Of a DNA stretch of 64,000 nt, positions 9,505-19,162 are shown piece by piece. How positions within the stretch are numbered: position 1 is the first letter of the stretch; the number at the start of each line of letters is the position of its first letter. The position numbers and the translations under genes were made by a program. The DNA is from Planctomycetota bacterium. Its GTDB lineage: Bacteria > Planctomycetota > UBA1135 > UBA2386. The notes beneath the pieces are model-generated. The model saw nothing but the letters and a program-made list of their open reading frames with translations. It did no database searches and was not told the DNA's origin. Location: positions 2,816,001 to 2,880,000 of the forward strand of contig OZ245006.1 in NCBI GenBank assembly GCA_965223545.1, given 5' to 3'.

Positions 9505-10896
9505 TCAGGGGCGGCGCAGCAGCAGCACATCGCCGCGGAGTACGCCGTTGCCCAACCACCGCCCCAGCACCCAGCCCGGCTCGCCAACACCCACGCCGGC
9601 CAGCGTGTCGAGCCGCAGACCGCCGCCGGCGACCTGCCGCACCACGATAGCATCGGGTTCGAGCTCGACCGGGAGCTGGGTCACCTGATGCGGTCCGACG
9701 ACCAGCTTCGTCCCGCCGGCCGGCGCCAGCACCAGCGAGGTCGAGGTGGGGTCGACGCTGCGCACGACACCGTCCGCCGCGACGCGATGGCGCCCCGGAC
9801 CGCCGGCTTCGACCACCAATCGGTGCAGCGGTGCGACGCCACTCTGCAGCGGACCGTGCCAGGTGGCGGACACCAGCATTCCACGCCGCAGCTCGGCGAG
9901 GCTGGTCGCCGCACCGGGGCGGCCCCACGCCGGCAGCCAGCGCAGCAGCGTCTTCGGACCGATGCCGAGCACCAGCCGGCGGGCCGCGGCGACGCCGCGG
10001 CCGAGCTTGCGCCACGCGAGCACATCGAGGTCGACGCGCCCCGTCGCTGCATCCACGGTTTCGACCAGCCCCCGCGCTTCCGAGACGTTGCCACCCGTGG
10101 CGGGCCCGCGCCCGCGCGGCCGGTCGGTCGCGCGCAACACCCACAGGGCATCGCGGCGCTGCAGCAAGCCGTCGATCTCGAGGCGTTCCCCCAAACCGAC
10201 GCCACCGACGAACTCGGCGGGCGTGACCGCGCGTCCCGCGCGCTGCAAGTCGACGGCGACGTCGAACAGGAGGCGCACGGCGACGTCACCCCACGCCGCG
10301 ACCGTGACGGTCACCGTTTGGCCCGACCGATCGACGCGCACGACCTCGACTTCCAGATCGAACAGTGGCTGCAGATCCCGGCGCTCGCCGGCGAGGTCGG
10401 GCCGCCAGTCGAAGCCACCGTTGCCGTTCGCCACCAGCTCGACGGCGTCCCCGTGGCGCACCAACAGCCAGGACTGGGCCGCGCTCCCCGGTCGAAACAC
10501 CGGCTGCAACGGCACGCGCAGCGGTGGAGGCACATCACCCACCGCCGCGGGAGCCCCGCCGGAGGGATGCCCCTGAATGCTGCCCGGCCGCAGCGCCATC
10601 AGCAGCGCGACGTAGTCGCCCGCCGGTGGCGACCGGAGCTCGATGCCACTGCTGGCGCCGATCGGATCGCTGATGGTGACGGCGACCGGCCGCACCAGTA
10701 GGTCCGGGGTCAAGCTGCCGTCGACGCGTTCGAGCGAGACGGCGTCGACCGTAGCCGTCAGCCACGCGCCCCCGCCGTGGGTGTCGAACACCACCGGTAC
10801 TGGCGTGCTCGCGGACGGTGGCAGCACGGGCGTTGAAGCGCCGCCGCCAGAACAGCCGCAGAGGGGCAAGAGGGCGAGGAACGGCAGTGCGCGCAT
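9505..10896 (-). CDS. Lipoprotein with DUF4382/DUF5666-like beta domains
   Basis: MRALPFLALLPLCGC lipoprotein signal; repeated OB-like units (GLVETVD, GVVRSVD, LRRGMLVSA). Confidence 0.6.
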   Translation of the reverse strand: MRALPFLALLPLCGCSGGGASTPVLPPSASTPVPVVFDTHGGGAWLTATVDAVSLERVDGSLTPDLLVRPVAVTISDPIGASSGIELRSPPAGDYVALLMALRPGSIQGHPSGGAPAAVGDVPPPLRVPLQPVFRPGSAAQSWLLVRHGDAVELVANGNGGFDWRPDLAGERRDLQPLFDLEVEVVRVDRSGQTVTVTVAAWGDVAVRLLFDVAVDLQRAGRAVTPAEFVGGVGLGERLEIDGLLQRRDALWVLRATDRPRGRGPATGGNVSEARGLVETVDAATGRVDLDVLAWRKLGRGVAAARRLVLGIGPKTLLRWLPAWGRPGAATSLAELRRGMLVSATWHGPLQSGVAPLHRLVVEAGGPGRHRVAADGVVRSVDPTSTSLVLAPAGGTKLVVGPHQVTQLPVELEPDAIVVRQVAGGGLRLDTLAGVGVGEPGWVLGRWLGNGVLRGDVLLLRRP

Positions 10897-10946
10897 GCAG
10901 TAGAGTCTACCGCCCGGCATGACAGCGGGCCGGGAGCGCGCTTCGG

Positions 10947-11639
10947 CTACGCCGTCCGGCCGCGCCCCCAGCGGCGACCGAGGATCCCGGCCGCGAGGCC
11001 GAGGAGGCCGCAAACCCCACCGGACCGCGCCCATGACAACCCCAGGACACCGCCCGCGATCGCGCCGGCGGCAGCACTGACCAGGCTCAGCGCCACGGCA
11101 CCTTTGAGCACGTAGCCCCAACGCGACGTCGAGGTCAACGGTTGTCCACCGAGTCGCACCGGCCGGTCGAACAACGTCGGCGGATCCGCCTCGAGCGCCA
11201 TCAGCAGGGGCGTGCCGAAGACGCAGATCGTGTGCGCCCACGGATTGCCGAACAGGCCGAACTGCAGGTCGCCATCGGCGAAACAGGTGAACTCCGCGTT
11301 GGGCAACAGAGGCACAGTCCAATCGTCCTCGCCGACGTAGTCGAACGACTCGTGCGGCGCGAACCGGTAGCAGACCCGCCGACCGTCGGTGGCGTAGACG
11401 AACCCGTTCTCCGCCACGCACCGGCGCAGCGCGGCGAGCACCTTGTCGCACAAGTCGGAGGTCAACGCCTGGTAGCGCCGGCCGTCGCCGTAGACGTGGG
11501 CCACGTCGTAGGTCACCGAGTGCTCCGGCTCGCGCAACCCCGTGCCCTTGCGGTCCGCCAGGTCGAAACCGAGCCGGTCGCGCAGCGCGGCCCAGACAGC
11601 TTGGCGCTCGTCGGCGCCGAGCTCGACCCAGGAGTCCAC
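10947..11639 (-). CDS. DUF2716-like protein with C-terminal TM helices
   Basis: LLPNAEFTCFADGDLQFGLFGNPWAHTICVFG matches the DUF2716 pattern as I recall it; two hydrophobic C-terminal helices. Confidence 0.7.
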   Translation of the reverse strand: MDSWVELGADERQAVWAALRDRLGFDLADRKGTGLREPEHSVTYDVAHVYGDGRRYQALTSDLCDKVLAALRRCVAENGFVYATDGRRVCYRFAPHESFDYVGEDDWTVPLLPNAEFTCFADGDLQFGLFGNPWAHTICVFGTPLLMALEADPPTLFDRPVRLGGQPLTSTSRWGYVLKGAVALSLVSAAAGAIAGGVLGLSWARSGGVCGLLGLAAGILGRRWGRGRTA

Positions 11640-11683
11640 GGCGACAAGCCTAGTGGAGACGCAAAGCGAACGTACGGAGCCAG

Positions 11684-11925
11684 TCCTGCCCCGGCAGATT
11701 TGTCGGCCCTTCAGGGCAGGAAACTAGCCGCTGAGGAAGGGGGAGGGGAACGTGTGAGGGGCCCGGCAGCTACGCCCCCAATAGCCACTGGAGCACGTTT
11801 GCCCCAGAGCCAGTCTGGGTCCGAGTTGGCCATCCTTCACTGGTGAGGGGCACGTCGCCGTGCCCACTCCCGCAGGTCAGATTCGTTTGATCGCCGCCTC
11901 GGGCCGGGCCCACCACAACAATGAG
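11684..11925 (+). ncRNA. Putative IS110 bridge RNA region
   Basis: Non-coding end upstream of the recombinase with several hairpins (CCCAGA-gccag-TCTGGG; GGGCACG-tcgc-CGTGCCC). Contains CAGGTCAG (11873-11880), identical to the element right end plus core (13321-13328). Boundaries approximate. Confidence 0.6.
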
Positions 11926-11933
11926 GATGAAGT

Positions 11934-13316
11934 ATGGCTGGGAAGAGCAGAACGAGGAAGGGCAAGAAGCCCGCAGCGGAAGTATTGCCAGTCGTGAAGC
12001 CCAACGCCGCCGGAATCGACATCGGCAGCCGCGAGCACTGGGTGTGCGCAGCAGCACCCGACGGCAGTCGTCCGATCAAGCGATTCGGAACGACGACGCC
12101 CCAGCTAGAGGCGCTCGCGGACTGGCTGGAGGAGCTCGGAGTGCGATCCGTCGCGATGGAGAGCACCTATGTCTACTGGATTCCCGTCTACGAGCTACTC
12201 GAGTCGAGAGGCTTCGAGGTCATCCTCGCGAATGCCCGCGAGGTGAAGAACGTGCCGGGCCGCTCCAAGTCCGATGCCAGCGATTGCAGTTGGCTGCAGA
12301 AGCTACACACCTATGGCCTCATTCGCGCTTCGTTCCGGCCTCCGAAGGACATCTGTGCGTTGCGGACCCTGCAACGCCATGCCGCGTCTTTGATCGCGCA
12401 GCGCACGCGCCACACGCAGTTGATGCAGCGGTCACTGGATCAGATGAACGTGGCGATCCATCGCGCGGTAACGGACATCACCGGCAAGACCGGCCTCGCG
12501 ATCATCCGCGCGATTCTCGCTGGTGAACGCGACCCTCGAGCGCTCGCCAGACTGCGTGATCCGCGCTGCAAGATCTCCGAGAAGGAGCTCGCGGATCACT
12601 TGCAAGGGACCTGGATCGAGGAGCACATCTTCACTCTCGCTTCGGGCTTGCGGATGCTCGAGCACACCGACCACGAGATCGAGTCGGTCGAGAAGCGATT
12701 GATGGCGATGATCGAGGACCTGCAACCGGAGGAAGCCAAGACGGCCGACGTCCCCGAGCATCCAGACCCCCGCAAGGAGAGGAGCATCCGAACGAAGGGC
12801 GGCCGGGAGCTTCGCGATGCCCTCTGCCGGCTCGTCGGGTGTGATCTCACGCGAATCGACGGTATCAGCCCGAGCACGGCCATGATCGTGCTCACCGAGG
12901 TCGGCTACGACCTCGAAGCTTTCCCGACCGAGAAGCACTTCGTCTCCTGGCTACGCCTGTGCCCACGTCAAGCCGTCTCGGGTGGAAAGCGCATCAAGAA
13001 GCACCGCAACAACATCGCGGTCAGCAGGATCGCCACGGTCCTCCGGATGGCCGCCCTGTCCCTCCAACGTACTCAGACAGCTCTCGGCGCACACTTCCGC
13101 AAGATCGCCCGCGCGAAGGACGGCAACGTCGCCATCTTTGCCATCGCCCGCAAACTGGCCCTGCTCATCTACCGCATGCTGAAGTTCGGCCAGGACTACG
13201 TAGACGAAGGCGCCAAGGCCTACGAGGAGCGCTTCACCCAGCGACGCATCGTCGGACTCCGACAGAACGCTAAATCCCTCGGGTACAAGCTCATACCGAT
13301 CGCCGAGGCTGGGTGA
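11934..13316 (+). CDS. IS110-family recombinase/transposase (DEDD RuvC-like + Tnp20)
   Basis: GIDIG, AMESTYVYW, KSDASDC; C-terminal IDGIS...FVSWLRLCPRQAVSGG...AIARKLA. Confidence 0.95.
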   Translation: MAGKSRTRKGKKPAAEVLPVVKPNAAGIDIGSREHWVCAAAPDGSRPIKRFGTTTPQLEALADWLEELGVRSVAMESTYVYWIPVYELLESRGFEVILANAREVKNVPGRSKSDASDCSWLQKLHTYGLIRASFRPPKDICALRTLQRHAASLIAQRTRHTQLMQRSLDQMNVAIHRAVTDITGKTGLAIIRAILAGERDPRALARLRDPRCKISEKELADHLQGTWIEEHIFTLASGLRMLEHTDHEIESVEKRLMAMIEDLQPEEAKTADVPEHPDPRKERSIRTKGGRELRDALCRLVGCDLTRIDGISPSTAMIVLTEVGYDLEAFPTEKHFVSWLRLCPRQAVSGGKRIKKHRNNIAVSRIATVLRMAALSLQRTQTALGAHFRKIARAKDGNVAIFAIARKLALLIYRMLKFGQDYVDEGAKAYEERFTQRRIVGLRQNAKSLGYKLIPIAEAG

Positions 13317-13325
13317 GTTTCAGGT

Positions 13326-13391
13326 CAGGCTCCGATTCATCACCCGGCGCCGCCGGGTGATGAATCGGAGCCTGGCTCCGTACGTTCGCTT
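13326..13391. repeat. GC-rich perfect palindrome (23-bp stem, 3-nt loop); outer 20 bp pairs with 11664-11683
   Basis: CAGGCTCCGATTCATCACCCGGC-gcc-GCCGGGTGATGAATCGGAGCCTG; 13372-13391 is the exact reverse complement of 11664-11683. Lies between converging stops, so it may also act as a terminator. Confidence 0.9.
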
Positions 13392-13392
13392 C

Positions 13393-14919
13393 CTACTGTC
13401 CGAGCAGGGCCAGGGGGACGGGGCGGCTGGCGTAGACCAGCTGGGTCGCGCCGAGCACTACGTAGGCGTGGTGTAGCGTCACGCCTGCTGCCGCCGGCAG
13501 GGCGGGAAGGGTGAGAGTCGCGGTGGCGGCCGCGGCCGCGGACAGCGTGCCGCGGTGGCCGGCGAAGAACGCGAGCTGCGGCTGCGCGGTGAGCGCCGTG
13601 TAGCTGTCGGCCACCAGGGGGATCGTCACCGCGCCGACCGGAATCGGCGGGCGCGTACCGGAGAGCGACCCGAGCAGCCAGTACGGCCGACCCGCGTGGG
13701 CCGCGGGCGCCGTCAGGGACAATCGCAGGGAGCCGCCGGACGACGACGGCAGCACGGCCCGGTCGCCGGCCAAGTCGACGACACCGGTGTCCACCACAAC
13801 GGCCTCGTCCACTTCCATGGCGACCAACTCCGCCCTGCCATCGCCGTCGCGGTCGGAGATCGAAAAACGCGGCGCAGCGGTCGATCCCGCCAACAGCCAC
13901 AGGGGCACACCGGTCACCGCGCTCTCGACGACGATGCCCGCCGCCGTCGACCGTGCCAGCTCGGGCACGCCATCGCCATCCTGGTCGCCCGCATCGGCGA
14001 CCGCGCCCGGCCACGCGCCGCCAGCCGAGGACGCGGTGCGCAGCACGTTGCCACTAAGGCCCGAGACGACCGCGATCTGCGGCACGGCGACCCCGCCGAA
14101 GTCCGAGGTGACGTAATCCGCGGCGCCGTCGCCATCGACGTCGGCGCGCAGCGGCAGCAGGGAGAACGTCGCCGTCACGGGGCGGCGCGGGGTATGCGTG
14201 GCGCCGGAGTACAGCACTCCCACCGACTGCGATGAGCGCGCGTTGGCCGGGCTCCAGGTCGCATAGTCGGGGATACCGTCCGCGTCGGTATCGCCCATGC
14301 CGGCGACACCGAAGTACTGCACGTCGAACCGCGGCCGCGACCAAGACCGCAGAGTGGTGCCGCTCGCGCCGGCGACGAGGTGAAAGTCGACCGTGTAGCC
14401 CGACGTGGCATCGCCACCGTGCAGTGCGGCACTCCAGTCGCCAACGCCATCGCCATCCAGGTCGCCGACGCCCGCACAGGCGACGACCACCGTCGTCGGC
14501 GACCCCACGACCGATTGCAAGAGACTGCCGTCCACTCCCGAGCGCACTACGGCCCGCGGCGGCTCGCCGAACAACAGATCACCGACTCCGTCACCGTTGA
14601 CGTCGGCGCCGAGCGGCTGGAACGGATGACTGCGGATTCCGGTCAGACTGAGGTGCAAGCGCCCGTCCCGTCCGGAGATCACATGCACGCGATCGCCACC
14701 CCCACCGTGGGTCGCGAGTGGCGCCAGCACGAACTCCCCCACGCCATCGCCATCGAGATCGCCGGCACTGATCACCACCGGCAGCGCCGGGTAGCGCAGC
14801 GACACCTGCTGCGCGCGGAGCGGCGTGACGGCGACGAACGCCAGCGCGGAGGCTCCGCCCAGCGCGAGCGACAGCGGGCGCGCGACTGCGCGACGAAGGC
14901 ACGCATGCGAGTACGTCAT
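13393..14919 (-). CDS. Secreted FG-GAP/integrin-alpha-like repeat protein
   Basis: Signal peptide ending LRA-QQ; repeats GDLDGDGVGE, DVNGDGVGD, GDLDGDGVGD, GDTDADGIPD, DVDGDGAAD, GDQDGDGVPE, DRDGDGRAE; shared C-terminal domain. Confidence 0.88.
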   Translation of the reverse strand: MTYSHACLRRAVARPLSLALGGASALAFVAVTPLRAQQVSLRYPALPVVISAGDLDGDGVGEFVLAPLATHGGGGDRVHVISGRDGRLHLSLTGIRSHPFQPLGADVNGDGVGDLLFGEPPRAVVRSGVDGSLLQSVVGSPTTVVVACAGVGDLDGDGVGDWSAALHGGDATSGYTVDFHLVAGASGTTLRSWSRPRFDVQYFGVAGMGDTDADGIPDYATWSPANARSSQSVGVLYSGATHTPRRPVTATFSLLPLRADVDGDGAADYVTSDFGGVAVPQIAVVSGLSGNVLRTASSAGGAWPGAVADAGDQDGDGVPELARSTAAGIVVESAVTGVPLWLLAGSTAAPRFSISDRDGDGRAELVAMEVDEAVVVDTGVVDLAGDRAVLPSSSGGSLRLSLTAPAAHAGRPYWLLGSLSGTRPPIPVGAVTIPLVADSYTALTAQPQLAFFAGHRGTLSAAAAATATLTLPALPAAAGVTLHHAYVVLGATQLVYASRPVPLALLGQ

Positions 14920-14971
14920 GCCGTCGGGTTGCCCGCGCGCGGCCGGACACTGCGGAACCGGAAAAAGTGCC

Positions 14972-16126
14972 TCACTCGCGGCGCCAATGCGCACCCTCGG
15001 CGTGAGAACGCTCGACGAACACCCAAACCAGCACGCGCGCTTGCAGTGCGCCGTCTGCCCGACGTTGCAGAGCGCGCTCCACCCCGGCCAGCGGACCGCC
15101 GCCGGCGACGACGTCGGCGAAGTCGACGACGCGCCCCAGGAGTCCCGACAACAGGGGCCCGCTCGCCTGCGCGAAGCTGTCGCCGCAGACCGCGACGGTC
15201 GCACTGCCGACCTCCGCCTCGAGCTCGACCGCGACGCGTGCGCCGCCCGCGTCGCGGCGGCCCAGATCCCACGTCGGAACCCGCTCGGTCAACCGCGCGG
15301 CGAGGGATCCACCCGGGAGCAACCCGAGCAGCTGAGTGACGCCACCCTCGCGCGACTGCCAGCGCGACGCAAGCGCGACGAACGGCATCGTCCCACCAGG
15401 CGCCAGCCAACCGCGACGACGGATCTCCGCAGCCACCGCCTGCATCGCCGAGAACTCCCCTTCGGTGCGCCAGTGCGGATCACGGGCGAAGTACAGCGGT
15501 CGCTCCGGTGCGCGTGCGCGCGCACTCTGGAGGTGAGTCGCCAGATCCACGGCGGGGATGCCGGCGGCGGCGAGCTCGTCGAGCATGTCGCCGTAGTGCG
15601 CCGCCCGCGACGCCGGAACGGCGCCATCCCCGGTCAAGCGATCGGCGTAGAGCCGCACCTTGTCCGGCGCCGGCGCGGCGAGCAGGTGCACGCCGAGACC
15701 CGCAGCGCGCGCGGCGAGCTCCGCCAACCGCCGCCGTCGCTCGGGGCCGTCGGCTCGGTATCTGCCCTCGTCCAGCGACATGGTCTCGGCCAGGGCGAGC
15801 CAACGGCCGCGGCCGAAGTGCACGCGGGGATCGTCGCGCGCCCCCCAGCGCACGCGCAGGTCGTTGTGCACGCCGCGCAGCCAGACCGTCAACGGCAGGC
15901 GCTCCCGCCAAGCCCGCCCCAGCGCCGCGGTCCACGAGCCATCGCGAAACGCAGTCCAACTCCAAGCGGGCGCGCGGACCGTGGCGAGCGTGCGCGCCGG
16001 CGCAAGCCAGAACAGGAGCGGGCCCGCGACCAGGGCGGCGAGGAACAGCACCGCGCACAGGCGGCGAGAAAACCGGGACACCACCGACCCCGCGTCATCG
16101 CCCACCCCGCTCCGCTCGGTCGTCAT
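14972..16126 (-). CDS. AlgJ/AlgX-like SGNH O-acyltransferase
   Basis: TM anchor, GRGRWL, APAPDKVRLY, LYFARDPHW (DxH), VCGDSF (Ser); immediately downstream of an AlgI-like MBOAT. Confidence 0.85.
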   Translation of the reverse strand: MTTERSGVGDDAGSVVSRFSRRLCAVLFLAALVAGPLLFWLAPARTLATVRAPAWSWTAFRDGSWTAALGRAWRERLPLTVWLRGVHNDLRVRWGARDDPRVHFGRGRWLALAETMSLDEGRYRADGPERRRRLAELAARAAGLGVHLLAAPAPDKVRLYADRLTGDGAVPASRAAHYGDMLDELAAAGIPAVDLATHLQSARARAPERPLYFARDPHWRTEGEFSAMQAVAAEIRRRGWLAPGGTMPFVALASRWQSREGGVTQLLGLLPGGSLAARLTERVPTWDLGRRDAGGARVAVELEAEVGSATVAVCGDSFAQASGPLLSGLLGRVVDFADVVAGGGPLAGVERALQRRADGALQARVLVWVFVERSHAEGAHWRRE

Positions 16127-16136
16127 CGCGCCGCTC

Positions 16137-17513
16137 TCAGAACTGGGAGTAGATGAACGGGGTGAACTCGCGCGCCGCCAGCTGCGACAGCGCGACGAGG
16201 AAAGCCAACAGCACCCACCAGTCGGTCCACGGTGCGCCCCCGCGCTCGAGGCGCGCCGAGGTCGGCGCACTGAAGACGACGACGACGCCGACGACCAGGG
16301 CGGCGAACGCCTCGAAGCCGAAGCGTTCGGGCCACATCAGTGCGCCCCAGCCATGCAGGCCGCTCAGACCGCCGAAGATCGCCCCCAGACCGTCCAGGCC
16401 ATCGGCTCTGAACACGGCCCAACCGCCGAGCACGATGACGAACGTGGCGCCGACGCGCAGGGGTCGCGGCAGCGCGGCGTACAGCGGACGCTTGCCGGCC
16501 AAGCGCTCGATCACCAAGAACAGTCCTTGGTAGCCCCCCCAGAGCAAGAACGTCCACGCCGCGCCGTGCCACAGCCCGCCGAGCAGCATGGTGAGCATCA
16601 GGTTGCGATAGGTCCGCAGCGCGGTGCCGCGGTTGCCGCCCAGCGAGATGTACAGGTAGTCGCGCAACCAGCTCGAGAGGCTGATGTGCCAGCGGCGCCA
16701 GAACTCGGTGATCGAGTCGGCGCGGTACGGGGCGTTGAAGTTCTCCGGCAGGCGAAAGCCGAGCATCAGGCCCAAGCCGATCGCCATGTCGGAGTAGCCG
16801 GAGAAGTCGAAGTAGATCTGCAGCGCATACGCCAGCACGCCGAGCCACGCCTCGCAGAGACCCGGCGCCGCGGCGGCGAACACCGGGTCGGCGATCAGGG
16901 CCGCGTTGTCAGCCAGCAGGATCTTCTTGGCGAAGCCGATCTCGAACAGCAGCGCCCCTGCCGAGAACTTGGCGAACGTGTGCTGCCGTGCCACCAGGTC
17001 CTGCCGGATGTCGCGAAAGCGCACGATCGGCCCCGCGACCAGCTGCGGAAACATCGACACGTAGCACGCCAAGTCGAGCAGCGAGCGGACCGGTCGCACC
17101 TGGCCGCGGTACACGTCGATCGTGTAGCTCAGCGATTGGAAGGTGTAGAACGAGATGCCGACCGGCAGCACGACGTCCTGCCACTGCAGGTTGCCGCCAA
17201 TCGCGGCCTCGATCGTGTGGACGACCAAGTTGGCGTACTTGAAGTAGGCCAACAGGCCGAGGTTGGTGAGCAACGACAGCAGCAGCCAGCCGCGCCGGCG
17301 CGCGCCCGCCGCCGCGTGCAGATGCCGGGCGCAGACGAAGTCCACCACCGTGCTGATCCACATCAACAGCAGGAAGTCGGGCCGCCACCACGCGTAGAAG
17401 ACGTAGCTCGCCAACGTCAGGGTCGCGTTGCGCCACCGCGCCGGAGTCGCGTAATAGACCGCCAGGGCCAGCGGCAAGAAGGCGAACAGGCAGACGAAGG
17501 AGGAGAAGATCAC
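16137..17513 (-). CDS. MBOAT family O-acyltransferase (AlgI/PatA/DltB-like)
   Basis: LPVGISFYTFQSLSY, FPQLVAGPIVR, QIYFDFSGYSDMAIG, FWRRWHISLSSW, GGLWHGA (catalytic His), FIYSQF. GTG start overlaps the upstream stop. Confidence 0.95.
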   Translation of the reverse strand: MIFSSFVCLFAFLPLALAVYYATPARWRNATLTLASYVFYAWWRPDFLLLMWISTVVDFVCARHLHAAAGARRRGWLLLSLLTNLGLLAYFKYANLVVHTIEAAIGGNLQWQDVVLPVGISFYTFQSLSYTIDVYRGQVRPVRSLLDLACYVSMFPQLVAGPIVRFRDIRQDLVARQHTFAKFSAGALLFEIGFAKKILLADNAALIADPVFAAAAPGLCEAWLGVLAYALQIYFDFSGYSDMAIGLGLMLGFRLPENFNAPYRADSITEFWRRWHISLSSWLRDYLYISLGGNRGTALRTYRNLMLTMLLGGLWHGAAWTFLLWGGYQGLFLVIERLAGKRPLYAALPRPLRVGATFVIVLGGWAVFRADGLDGLGAIFGGLSGLHGWGALMWPERFGFEAFAALVVGVVVVFSAPTSARLERGGAPWTDWWVLLAFLVALSQLAAREFTPFIYSQF

Positions 17514-19162
17514 TGCCCGAGCTCCGCCGCGAGGACCTCGGCCAGGCGCCGGCAGCCGGCGGCCGACAGCAGCGCTGGCGCGCGGTGCAGCCGCGCATCG
17601 CTGCCGACCGCCACCGCGTCGATGCACCGGGCGCCGGTGCGCTCGGCCTCGCGCCGCACGACCTCACGCACCGACCGCGGCGTGGCGATCGTCAGCAAGA
17701 AGACGGGCTCGACCTGCCAGGCGCGACAGACCTGCACGATCCCGCGCACGTTGTGCGCGGTCGTGTCCGCGGCACGCCGCACGCGCCCGACCGCGCGCTG
17801 CCACCGCCGGCCTGCCCCGAGGGTTGCCTCCTCCGCCGCCACGGCCAACGCCTCGACCTCACTCTCGCGCAACGGCCACAGCCCCGGTGGTAGGGATTCC
17901 GACGCCGGCGGCACCGGCGCGGACACCGCACTCCACAGCGCCGCGACCGCCGCGGGACGGTCGGCCTCGGCCAACAGCCACGCCTCGAGCAGGCGTGCCG
18001 ACGGCGTCGGCCGCTGCCGCGCGGCGCGCACCAGGGCGTCGCGCGCGCCCGACGGCCACGCCGCGCGCGCGACCCGGTCGAAGGTCGCCGCATCGCCCAA
18101 CACGAAGTCCATGGCCGCCACCAGATCGCGCGCCGCCGCCGACCAGCGCTGCTGCGTCAGGTGCACGCGGCCGCGCAGTGCCGCGGGGCGCGGCGCACTC
18201 GCCGACAGCGCATCGAGCAGCCCGACGGCCGCCGGCTGCGCCGCTTGGAGCCCGCCTTCCAGCCAGTTCAACTCCAGCTGGGCAACACGGGCCTCGACCG
18301 AGGGCGTGGTGCCGGCCTGCTCGACGGCGAGCATCCACCGCGCCTCGGTCCACTCGCCGGCCGCCATCCGGCGGACCGCGGCGCCGGCCACCCCGGCGGC
18401 CGCGGGGCCGCGGCGGAGACGCAGGGTTCCGAGCTGCGCGGAGCGCACCTCGAGCATGTCCCCGCCCCCCTCGTAGTCGAGCTGCCAGCGCCCTCCACTG
18501 GCCAGTTCGACCTGCAGCGCGGCATTGCCGACCGACCAGAGACCGACCGCGCCGCCCAGGCGAAAGCTCCCATCCGGGCTCAGGTGGAGCTCGGTCTCTC
18601 CGGCGTGCCAGATCCCGGCGATGGCGGCCGCTGCGTCGTCGCCGGCATCGACACCGACGGTGTCGGCCTGCCCGTCAGGCGGCCACAGCCACGCCAGGGT
18701 CGCCACGCCAACAGCGAACGGACCGACCCGACCCGGCAAGTCTGCCAGCGCCACTGCATCGTCGCCGACCGCGCGCTCCGCCGCGCCGAGATGCACGATC
18801 AACCGCGCCGGCCGGTAGATCGACAGCTGATCCGGCAGCCCGCGCAGAATGTCCGCCGACGTGCGGCTCGGCCAGCACCCGTTGTCGACCCGCGCGCGGA
18901 CGACACCCGCCGCGCGCAGCGCGGCCTGCAGCTGCGCCGGCACCGCGTCCGCGCGGGCAACGCCCGCGCCGAACAGCAAATCTTCCCCGACACAGAGCAC
19001 GGCATCCGCGTCCACGCCTGCCGGCCGCGGCCACGCGGCGCGCCAGGCGAGCACGCGGTCGATCTGCAGGACGACCTCCACCGTCGCCATCGCGACGACG
19101 ACCGACCACACGACGGCCGGCCAACGGCGGCGGCGCCGCGGTTGGGGTGGACAAGGAGACAC
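17510..19162 (-). CDS. SGNH-like/TPR membrane protein, probably catalytically degenerate; paralog of 5259-7034
   Basis: Same architecture as 5259-7034, but VLCVGEDLLFG replaces GDS and there is no C-terminal DxxH. Start approximate. Confidence 0.7.
   Translation of the reverse strand: MSPCPPQPRRRRRWPAVVWSVVVAMATVEVVLQIDRVLAWRAAWPRPAGVDADAVLCVGEDLLFGAGVARADAVPAQLQAALRAAGVVRARVDNGCWPSRTSADILRGLPDQLSIYRPARLIVHLGAAERAVGDDAVALADLPGRVGPFAVGVATLAWLWPPDGQADTVGVDAGDDAAAAIAGIWHAGETELHLSPDGSFRLGGAVGLWSVGNAALQVELASGGRWQLDYEGGGDMLEVRSAQLGTLRLRRGPAAAGVAGAAVRRMAAGEWTEARWMLAVEQAGTTPSVEARVAQLELNWLEGGLQAAQPAAVGLLDALSASAPRPAALRGRVHLTQQRWSAAARDLVAAMDFVLGDAATFDRVARAAWPSGARDALVRAARQRPTPSARLLEAWLLAEADRPAAVAALWSAVSAPVPPASESLPPGLWPLRESEVEALAVAAEEATLGAGRRWQRAVGRVRRAADTTAHNVRGIVQVCRAWQVEPVFLLTIATPRSVREVVRREAERTGARCIDAVAVGSDARLHRAPALLSAAGCRRLAEVLAAELGQ

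Larger units (their letters stand above)
11681..13328 (+). mobile_element. IS110-family insertion sequence (copy 1), bounded by a repeated CAG core
   Basis: CAG at 11681-11683 and 13326-13328. Removing the interval restores a perfect 40-bp-arm palindrome. About 250 nt non-coding left end precedes the recombinase. Confidence 0.85.

Noticed and set aside
11664..13391. 20-bp inverted repeats as terminal IRs of the IS110
   Set aside because: They join seamlessly with the 23-bp hairpin into one 40-bp palindrome, so they are better explained as the split target.
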